This document shows, one piece after another, positions 23,711 through 34,100 of a stretch of DNA of 64,000 bases (position 1 is the first letter of the stretch; every line of letters starts with the position of its first letter). Origin of the DNA: Macrostomum lignano. Lineage: Eukaryota. The DNA lies in the NCBI GenBank assembly GCA_002269645.1, contig NIVC01002574.1:62001-126000 (forward strand). The letters are read 5' to 3'. The position numbers and the translations under genes are program-made. The notes under the pieces were generated by a model, which saw only the letters and a program-made list of their open reading frames with translations, had not been told where the DNA came from and did no database searches.

Positions 23711-23792
23711 AACATGCTGCTCGTGATCTGAGTTTTATCTGCTTTTTTTAACCTCACGGCTTCAAAATGACATATTTTGACAGCCTAATCAG

Positions 23793-24173
23793 GGTCTGTG
23801 CCAGTCCAGTCAGTTGTGGGTCTGTGCCAGTCCAGTCAGTTGTGGGTCTGTGCCAGTCCAGTCAGTTGTGGGTCTGTGCCAGTCCAGTCAGTTGTGGGTC
23901 TGTGCCAGTCCAGTCAGTTGTGGGTCTGTGCCAGTCCAGTCAGTTGTGGGTCTGTGCCAGTCCAGTCAGTTGTGGGTCTGTGCCAGTCCAGTCAGTTGTG
24001 GGTCTGTGCCAGTCCAGTCAGTGGGGGTCTGTGCCAGTCCAGTCAGTTGTGGGTCTGTGCCAGTCCAGTCAGTGGGGGTCTGTGCCAGTCCAGTCAGTTG
24101 TGGGTCTGTGCCAGTCCAGTCAGTTGTGGGTCTGTGCCAGTCCAGTCAGTTGTGGGTCTGTGCCAGTCCAGTC
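23793..24173. repeat. 26-bp minisatellite (GGGTCTGTGCCAGTCCAGTCAGTTGT)
   Basis: About 14 near-identical units. Confidence 0.97.
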
Positions 24174-24889
24174 TGGCCCTGTGGCTTTTCGTGGGATTTA
24201 GTGCCTCCACAAGGGCCAGGCCCCAAGGCACACAGAGTGCACATGCCTGTCGATTAAAAGTCAGGGCTGCTGTGCACCCTGTGTGCGCGGATTCGGGCTC
24301 AGGGTTGGCGGAAGGGGCAACCAGCCAGCCAGCCCACCATCAAGTCCGCACTCACCATGGCTACGCACAGGTGGAGCAGCTCACAGAGCGCAGTTTAAAC
24401 AGAAAAAGCAAAACAGAAACGCTCAGAATTGTCTCCAAAGCCATGTCTGAATTGTTTTTCGAGTGCTCTAGCCAGCAGCGTGTTGCTTTTTGAGGCAATT
24501 TGCCTGCATGCTCAACCCTTCTGAAGGCGGCAGAAACATTTTCAATAATGAATTTCTCGCGAGAGAATGGCAGGTGCTGCGCGACGTGATTTTTTTTGTT
24601 TCGTTTTCCCAACCCGCCATTCGCGCTTTAATTGAGCTGGGAAGAAATAGCCTCGTTTCCCCCATTGTCTTCGCCTGATTGTTGATCATTCCCATTGTTC
24701 CGCTCCTGCAGTCGCTTATGGGCTGGCATTACGGGGGAGGGCAATTGTCATTGGCTGAGAGGCGGAGTGCTCGATTCTGTCCTCTCCTTGCTTTTTTGCA
24801 GAGAGGAAATTTCTATATTTGCAACCTATAGAGATCTATCAGTTAGCTTGATTCCTAGAGCTGGGTGAGGAAAATCGAAGTCGCCAAAT

Positions 24890-25116
24890 CAGAAGCAGCA
24901 AAAGCAGAAGCAGCAAAAGCAGAAGCAGCTAAAGCAGAAGCAGCTAAAGCAGAAGCAGCAAAAGCAGAAGTAGTTAAAGCAGAAGCAGAAAAAGCAGAAG
25001 CAGCAAAAGCAAACGCAGAAGCAGCAAAAGCAAAAGCAGCAAAAGCAGAAGCAGAAAAAGCAGAAGCAGCAAAAGCAAAAGCAGCTAAAGCAAAAGCAGC
25101 TAAAGTAGCAACAAAA
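24890..25116. repeat. 15-bp A-rich repeat (AAAGCAGAAGCAGCA) just upstream of the six-Cys membrane protein ATG
   Basis: Seen directly; translates as (KAEAA)n but has no ATG. Confidence 0.9.
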
Positions 25117-25157
25117 AGGTAGCAACAGCGAAAGCGAAACATTTTTCGTCTTAAAAA

Positions 25158-28100
25158 ATGCCTCAAAGACAGCAAAGTCAGGTGTTTCTAGCTGTCGTTG
25201 TTATCATCGGCCTTCGGCTAATCCAATCGGCCGCGGGCACTACCAGCTCCGGGACTCTGTGCTACAAGGACAACAACCCCAGCAACCCGGACCCCTACAA
25301 CAAATACACGTGCGAGGACAGCGCCAAGCCAAACTGCTGCCAGGAAGGCGACCTCAGCACCTGCTGCGACTATGACCCGACTCAGCGGACCATGTAAGCG
25401 GCTCTGGGAGATCGAGTTTGCGGCTGGATCTTACACCAGATTCTCCTCTGACACCAGATTCTCCCTGACACCCGATTCTCCCTGACATCCGATTTCCCCT
25501 GACATCCGATTTCCCCTGACACTCGATTCGCCCTGACACCCGATTCTCCCTGACACCCGATTCTCCCTGACATCCGATTTCCCCTGACATCCGATTTCCC
25601 CTGACACTCGATTCGCCCTGACACCCGATTCTCCCTGACACCCGATTCTCCCTGACACCCGATTCTCCCTGACACCCGATTCTCCCTGACACCAGATTCT
25701 CCTCTGACACCAGATTCTCCTCTGACACCCGATTCTCCCTGACACCCGATTCTCCCTGACATCCGATTTCCCCTGACATCCGATTTCCCCTGACACTCGA
25801 TTCGCCCTGACACCCGATTTCCCCTGACACTCGATTCGCCCTGACACCCAATTCTCCCTGACACCCGATTCTCCCTGACACCAGATTCTCCTCTGACACC
25901 AGATTCTCCTCTGACACCCGATTCTCCCTGACACCCGATTCTCCCTGACATCCGATTTCCCCTGACATCCGATTTCCCCTGACACTCGATTCGCCCTGAC
26001 ACCCGATTTCCCCTGACACTCGATTCGCCCTGACACCCAATTCTCCCTGACACCCGATTCTCCCTGACACCCGATTCTCCCTGACACCCGATTCTCCCTG
26101 ACACCCGATTCTCCCTGACACCAGATTCTTTTCTGACACACGATTCTCCCTGACACCCGATTCTCCCTGACACCCAATTCTCCCTGACACCAGATTCTTT
26201 TCTGACACACGATTCTCCCTGACACCCGATTCTCCCTGACACTCGATTCTCCCTGACACTCGATTCTCCCTGACACCCGATTCTCCCTGACACCCGATTC
26301 TCCCTGACACCCAATTCCCCTGACACCCAATTCCCCTGACACCCAATTCCCCTGACACCCAATTCCCCTGACACCCAATTCCCCTGACACCCTGACAGGC
26401 CTGACAGTGCAGACTCCTTGCTTCGCAGTCGCCTGTCTGACAATTGGTCGCATTTAGCCTATCAATTAGCCCTCTGAGCACTCAAGACTCAACCTGTCCC
26501 ATGGTTCCCTCTCTCCATTTTCCGAGGCAGACTGTCAACTGACCGAAAAGGATTTTCTTACTCTCTGAGCCGGCAGGAACACAAATAACAAATAGCAAAG
26601 CAGCAAAAAGTAAAGCACTTGAATAAGCAGAAATGGAAGCTTTGCGTGCACCCCAGCTGTTCGTAGCAACTATACCGGTAGTCCGCCAGAGACCAACATT
26701 AAAACTAGAAAGTGGAACTCTCCCCTCTTTCAAATGCTTTTTCCTCTGGAGGAGAGTGGTCGTTGCGAAGAACTGTATGGAATGATAAGTCAAGTCTGGT
26801 TGCCGCAGTTCCGAGCCAGATAGAGAGGCTAAGCAGGATTCTAGGGGGGAGGGGGGGGTGAGGGGATGAGAAAAATGATCCCGATGGCACGCAGCTCTGG
26901 CTGATTTTGCTTATTTACGCTCGTAGTTACGCCAATTCCGCTCAGTTTTTTAGTTTATCGGCTCAGAAATCATGATCAGCGAGGCCTTTTCGCCGCATCT
27001 GATCTCCATGATTCTCAACATGCACTTCTCAGCTGTCAGCTCTCTTGGAATGTAGAGCTCACGGCCTATGGATGGGGAGTATAAAGAGGAGGGGGAATCT
27101 AGAGAGGAGGGGGACTCTAGAGAGGATGGGGAATCTAGAGAGGAGGGGGACTCTAGAGAGGATGGGGAATCTAGAGAGAATGGGTAATCGAATCTAGAGA
27201 GGATGGGGACTCTAGAGAGGATGGGGACTCTAGAGAGGAGGGGGACTCTAGAGAGGATGGGGACTCTAGAGAGGAGGGGGACTCTAGAGAGGAGGGGGAC
27301 TCTAGAGAGGATGGGGACTCTAGAGAGGAGGGGGACTCTAGAGAGGATGGGGACTCTAGAGAGGAGGGGGACTCTAGAGAGGATGGGGACTCTAGAGAGG
27401 AGGGGGACTCTAGAGAGGAGGGGGACTCTAGAGAGGAGGGGAATCTAGAAAGAATGGGTAATCGAATCTAGAGAGGATGGGTAATCTAATCTAGAGAGGA
27501 GGGGGACTCTAGAGAGGAGGGGGAATCCAGAGAGGATGGAGAATCTAGAGAGGAGGGGGACTCTAGAGAGGAGGGGGAATCTAGAGAGGATGGAGAATCT
27601 AGAGAGGAGGGGGAATCTAGAGAGAATTGGTAATCGAATCTAGAGAGGATGGGGAATCTAGAGAGAATGGGGAATCTAGAGAGAATGGGTAATCGAATCT
27701 AGAGAGGATGGGGAATCTAGAGAGAATTGGTAATCGAATCTAGAGAGGATGGGGAATCTAGAGAGAATTGGTAATTGTCAGATAGTTAGTTATGTGTATG
27801 GCTTGGCTAGGTCTGTCAGTTAGTTATTATTATTTGTTTATTTTTTAGATCTAGTGCACTTTTGCCACCCCAGTGTCTGGGGGGGTTTGGAGTTGGTTAT
27901 TTACTCTCTCTCTCTCTCTCTCTCTCTGTGTTGTTCAGTCACCCACCCCTAATCTCTGTCTGTGCTGAGTCAGTAAATCAATATAAATTGATACAACTAA
28001 CTATCTGACATCTCCCCCCTAAAGTTCGAAACATCCCCTAGCAAAGTTCGTTCGAAGTCAGAGTCAGTTCAAATTCAGGATCAAAGTTGCAGGCGTTCAG

Positions 28101-31100
28101 GTGGCTGCCTCCGACGCTGCGGATAGCGCCTCGCCGGACTGCTCGGCCGGTCAGCGGCGGCGGTGGCCGCGTCATCCTGCGGCGCGTCATTGCCGCCGTC
28201 GCCTTCGCTTTGCTCGGTGGGCAGCGAATGCGGTTCATCGGAGACAGCGGCCGGCGTCACCGGGTCGGCCTCTGGCAGCGAGCTCGTCAGCAGCTGGTCC
28301 GTGTGCCGCCGATGGAGAGCGCCGCCGACCTCAACGTCGCAGTTGCGGGATCCAGCGGACACGACGCTGCCCTCCGCCCAGCGAGTGCCGCCGCCAGCCC
28401 TAGCGTTGGAGCTGAAGTCGCGCAGTAGAACTCGGTCGCCGACTTGAAACTCGCGCGCATGCGGCTGCTGCTCGACCTGCCGCTCTTGGTGTTGCTGCAT
28501 GCTGCTCGTCAGCGATGGCATCAGCAGGTCCAGCCGACTGCGCAGTCTGTGGCCGATGAGCAGCTGGCTGGGAGCTTCGCCGGTGATCGAGTGCGGCGTG
28601 TTGCGGTAGGACAGCAGCATCTGCTGCAGTGCCGCCGAGTGCCCGCTCTTGAGCAGATGTCGCTTGAGCACCTGAACGAATCTCTCCGCTTGGCCGTTCG
28701 TTGCCGGATGGAACGGCGCCGAGAAAACATGCCGAATTCCGTTGCGCCTTGTGAACTCGCCGAACTCCGCGGAGGTGAACTGCGTGCCGTTGTCGGAGAC
28801 CAACACCCGGGAATGCCCAGTCTGGCGAAGACCTCGCGGAGTCGCTCGATGGTGGCAGCAGACGTAACGCTGTGCACCTGATGAACCTCCGGCCACTTGC
28901 TGAAGGCGTCCACGATGACCAGGTACGTGCGACCGTTAACGGGGCCGGCGAAGTCCAGGTGCAGCCTCGCCCAAGGTTCAGCAGGAAACGGCCACGGTTG
29001 CACCGGCGCCTTGGGCGGGTCGGCCTGGTTCAGCATGCAGGTCCGGCACGACTTGACGGTCAACGCAAGCTGCTCGTCCAGGCCGGGCCACCAGACGTAG
29101 CTGCGGGCTAGCGCTCGCATGCGGTTGATGCCGGGATGCGCCTGGTGCAGCTCGTCCAGCACGCCTTGTCGCAGAACCGCGGGCACCACGACGCGGGCGC
29201 CCCACAGCACGCAGCCTTGTTCAACGCTCAGCTCGTCCTGGCGCCTCGAGAAGTCGATGAGATCGGCGCCAGCCATTGGCGCGCCAGTCTGCAGACAGCG
29301 AAGCACCCGGCCGAGAATGGCATCCGAGCGAGTGCTGCGCGCGACCGCCTGAGCCGTTATGGCGGACCCGGTCTCCTCATCCAGTAGCAGGGCGTTGACG
29401 GCCGGCTCTTCCTCAAACTGCCTCGGCAATGGCAGCCGGGACAGAGAGTCGCAGTTGGCGTGCTTGCTGGTGGGCCGGAACTCCAGCGAGTAGTCGTAAC
29501 CGGCCAAACGGATCGCCCAGCGCTGCATGCGAGCCGCGGCGTGCTCTGGAATCGCCTTGTTTTCACCGAGAAGTCCTAGGAGCGGCTTGTGGTCGGTCAC
29601 GATGACGAACTTGCGGCCTTGGAGGAACTGATTGAAGCGCTGGAGGCCGAACATGATCGCTAGCGCCTCCTTGTCTAACTGCGAGTAGCCCTTTTGAGCC
29701 GTCGTCAGGCTGCGACTTGCGAAGGCAATGGCTCGGTCCTGGCCGTCCACTCGGTGCGTCAGCACCACGCCGAGACCATAGGGGCTGGCGTCGCACTCTA
29801 GCCGCAGCGGCAGCTTGGCGTCATAATGCATCAGCACCGGAGACTCGAGCAGAAAACGCTTGGACTTCTCGAAGGCTATCTGCTGAGGCTCCCCCCACGT
29901 CCAGCGCGTGTTCTTAGTCAGCAGCTGATTCAGGGGAGCGACAACCGTGGACAGATGAGGCAGAAATTTGCCGTAGTGCGTCAACATGCCCAAATAAGCT
30001 CGGAGTTGACTGCAGTCTGCGGGTGGCGGGGCGTCCTGCACCGCCTTCACCTTCTCTGTCAGCGGCCGCAGTCCGTTGCTGTCGATCCGGTGGCCCAGAT
30101 ACTCGACCGAATCGCGGAACAACTCGCACTTGTCTTTGTTCAGCCGTAGGCCCGCCTCCCGTAGGCGCTGAAGGACCTTGATAAGATTCTCGCGATGATG
30201 CTGCAGCGTCTTGCCCGTCACCAGGATGTCGTCCACAAAGACTTGCACAGACTCTAGGTCACCGAGCAGCGAGTCTAGCGTGCGCTGGAATACCGCACTG
30301 GCGCAGTTGATGCCGAACGGCATGCGGTTCAGCTGGTACAGGCCTCGCTGCGTGTTGATGGTCAAGAAGGGCTTGCTGTCCTCAGACAATGGCAGCTGCA
30401 GGAAGGCGTTTGACATGTCCAGCTTGGACCATTTGCAGCCGCCACCCAGCTTTGCAAATAAGTCCTCAATGCGCGGCAGTGGGTACAGCTCCGGCCTGGA
30501 CTCTGCGTTGTAGGTGAGCTTGTAGTCGCCGCAGATCCTCACCGAACCGTCCTTCTTGACAACAGGCACAATTGGCGCAGCCCAGTCGGAATGTTTGACT
30601 GGCGTGATGATGCCGTCAGTCTCCATCCGTCGAAGTTCCTGATCGACGCGCTCCCGGAGTGCATAGGGGACCGGTCTGGCCTTGAAAAAGCGCGGCTTCG
30701 CCTCAGTCGGCATGTGCAGTTTCACCTCGCCGTGCCGATAGGTGCCAAGGCCGCCTTGGAAGACCTCGGGGAACTGCGCGAGCAGATCAGCTGCTTGTCC
30801 GGTCACTGAGTTGACCTGACCAAGGATCGTCGGCCAGTCCAATCTCAGCTGCGTCAGCCAGTCGCGACCCAGTAGTGCGACATCGCCTTGCTCGACCACA
30901 AGCAGCGTCAACCGCCGATCTTGGCCATTATGCTGAACTGCGACCTCTGCCTGTCCGATGGGTCGAAAGCTCTCGCCCGTGTAGGTGCGCAGCACCGTGG
31001 ATGTCAGCGACAGACGGAGACCCGGCAGGACATCCTCTTGGAGACTCTTCGGGATGACGGTGAGGGCGGAGCCGGTATCCACCTCGAAGCGACATGGCTT

Positions 31101-34100
31101 GCCTTGGAGCAGCAGCTCGACCGCCAGACCCTTGCTCGATCCGCTCTGCCTAATGCTGAAGAGGGGCTCCTGCAGCTCAGCCGGCTCTGGGTCCAGCTTG
31201 TGCAGCTTTGAAGACCTGCACACCTTGCGGATGTGCCCGACTTTGCCGCAGTTATGGCACTTGGCCTCACGAAGCTTGCACTGCTGCCGACTGTGGGCGC
31301 CGCCGCAGCTTGCACACGCGCCTGAGGCAGCAGCTGACCGCATAGCGTTGGCTTGAGCTCCGGGCGGCTGCCGGGGAGCCTGCTTGTTGAATTTTTTGAG
31401 CTCTTTGGGCGCAGCGGGCTTCTTGTGGAGACGCAGGTGGGCGACTGCTTCAGCACGGTGCGCCATCTCCGACGACGATTTCTCCGCTGCCTCCAATGCG
31501 TCGACTCTGGCCACGAGCGTCTTGAAGTCGGGCTGTTCGATCTCCAGCAGCTTTGCACGGTGCACGTCACTGCGGAGACCGAAGACAAACTGGTCGCGCA
31601 GTCTCTCGTCCAGAGTGCTGATGCAGTGGGATCCGTCTGACCCGTCCAGAGTGAACTCAAATTTGCAATGCTCCGAGGCAGCCTTTAGGCCAGCAATAAA
31701 GTCCGCGAGACTCTCGCCGGGCTTCTGCACGCGCTGTTGAAAGCGGAATCTGGCGGATAACATTGACGTCTTGGGAGAGTAATGTGCCCTCAAGACAGCA
31801 GCTAAGTCTGAGTATGACTTGGAGGTCACCGTTTCCGGCAGGCACAGATTCCGAAGAACCTTGTAAGCGTCTTCTCCGATGGCGGTCACCAGCGTGGCGA
31901 CCTTCGCCTCGTCTCGGACTTCTTTACAGATGAAGTATTGTTCGAGCCTCTCTAGGTATACCTCAATGTCAGAGTTTGCAGAGAGTTCTGGAATTCTACC
32001 AGTTGTAGCCATTTTCTCGTCGCCAATGTGAAATTATGAGCCGAGTGATTGTAGTTAGAAGTAGAAAAGGAAGGACACGTGAAACTCTCCACGCGCGGTG
32101 TTGTGTTTATTTATATTGATTTACTGACTCAGCACAGACAGAAATTAGGGGTGGGTGACTGAACAACACAGAGAGAGAGAGAGAGAGAGAGAGTAAATAA
32201 CCAACTCCAAACCCCCCAGACACTGGGGTGGCAAAAGTGCACTAGATCTAAAAAATAAACAAATAATAATAACTAACTGAGAGACCTAGCCAAGCCATAC
32301 ACATAACTAACTATCTGACAGTAATCGAATCTAGAGAGGATGGGGAATCTAGAGAGAATTGGTAATCGAATCTAGAGAGGATGGGGAATCTAGAGAGGAG
32401 AGTGAATCTAGAGAGGAGGGGGAATCTAGAGAGGAGGGGAAATCTAGAGAGAATGGGGAATCTAGAGAGAAGGGGGAATCTAGAGAGGATGGGGAATCTA
32501 GAGAGGAGGGGGAATCTAGAGAGAATGGGGAATCTAGAGAGAAGGGGGAATCTAGAGAGGATGGGGAATCTAGAGAGAATGGGGAATCTAGAGAGGAGGG
32601 GGAATCTAGAGAGGATGGGGAATCTAGAGAGGAGAGTGAATCTAGAGAGGAGGGGGAATCTAGAGAGGATGGGGAATCTAGAGAGGATGGGGAATCTAGA
32701 GAGGATGGGGAATATAGAGAGGAGGGGGAATCTAGAGAGGATGGGGAATCTAGAGAGAATGAGGAATCTAGAGAGGAGGGGGAATCTAGAGAGGATGGAG
32801 AATCTAGAGAGGATCTTAGAGGATGGGGAGTCTAAAGAGGAGATTCCCCCTGACACCCGATTCCCCCTGACACCCAATTCTCCCTGACACCCGATTCTCC
32901 CTGACACTCGATTTCCCCTGACACCCGATTCTCCCTGACACTCGATTCCCCCTGACACCCGATTTCCTCTGACACCCGATTCCCCCTGACACTCGATTTT
33001 CCCTGACACCCGATTCTCCCTGACACCCGATTTTCCCTGACACCCGATTCTCCCTGACACCCGATTCCCCCTGACACCCGATTCCCCTGACACCCAATTC
33101 TCTCTGACACCCGATTCTCCCTGACACTCGATTTTCCCTGACACCCGATTCCCCCTGACACCCGATTCTCCCTGACACTCGATTCCCCCTGACACCCGAT
33201 TTCCCCTGACACTCGATTTTCCCTGACACCCGATTCTCCCTGAAACTCTGACACCCGACACCCGATTCTCCCTGACACTCGATTCCCCCTGACACCCGAT
33301 TCCCCTGACACCCAATTCTCCCTGACACTCGATTCCCCCTGACACTCGATTCCCCCTGACACCCAATTCCCCTTCTTGAAGAATGAGGGTCAGAGAGAGT
33401 GGGTGAGCAAGAGTAGGGGCGGAGGCTTCACACAGATTTTTACCTGCCACTTCAAATCGCAGATTTCACTTCGAGACCTGCCCCGCTAGTCAGTCGGGAA
33501 CAGAAAAAACTGACAGCCCTGACATTAAACAGACAAAAGCCATGGCAAATTTGCAATGATGCTATTTTATACAAAGGTCAAAGGGGAAGAGGTAAACAGT
33601 GGGGAGACAGGGTTGCCAAGAGCAGCAGGCGGAGATGCAGCAGAATGGCTGAGCTGTACAGACTCTCGCTGAGAAAAATCAAATAAATTTGAATAATTAA
33701 AAACAACAGCAGCGTCATCTGCATTCTCTTCTCACCTCATCCCGATTCCCCCAGCTCTGAGTCCACTCAAGCCCCGTCTGAGCATACGCAGGCTGTTGGG
33801 AGTGCTTATAAACTGGAGTCGAATAGAGAATTGATTTGATTATACGGTTCGCTCGGTAGCTGGGAGAGCAGTGTCAGCAGAGAAGCCAGGCCTATCCGGG
33901 ACCTCTTCGCCTTGTCGTGCCCCTGACTTAGAAATCAGCTTTAGTCTGAGATCGTCCTGGCAGCCGGGTCACCGGTTTTTTCCTTCTTAGAGACAGCTAA
34001 TCCGATTTTGGAGGGAGAGAATTTAATCTGCGGATTAGAGAGGAGAACAATTGGGTGTCAAAAATTGTGTTGCTTTTTAGCGTCATTTTCTAGAAATATG

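Larger units (their letters stand above)
27776..32320 (-). mobile_element. Ty3/Gypsy (Mag-like) retrotransposon with inverted terminal repeats and 5-bp TSD GTAAT
   Basis: Starts TGTCAG at 27776 and ends CTGACA at 32320. GTAAT lies on both flanks (27771-27775, 32321-32325). Contains gag-pol, PBS and PPT. 27776-27988 is the reverse complement of 32109-32320 (2 substitutions, 1 indel). Confidence 0.95.

Noticed and set aside
24865-25122. (KAEAA)n helical ORF upstream of the six-Cys gene
   Set aside because: No ATG and no splice link found; it is a 15-bp A-rich repeat that stops 35 nt before the real ATG.
27776-32320. Interpreting the ITR element as DIRS/Ngaro, Ginger, Polinton or two head-to-head LTR elements
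   Set aside because: It has a DDE integrase and 5-bp TSD with no tyrosine recombinase (not DIRS) and full gag/RT/PBS/PPT (not Ginger or Polinton). One TSD that regenerates an intact minisatellite unit argues for a single insertion.
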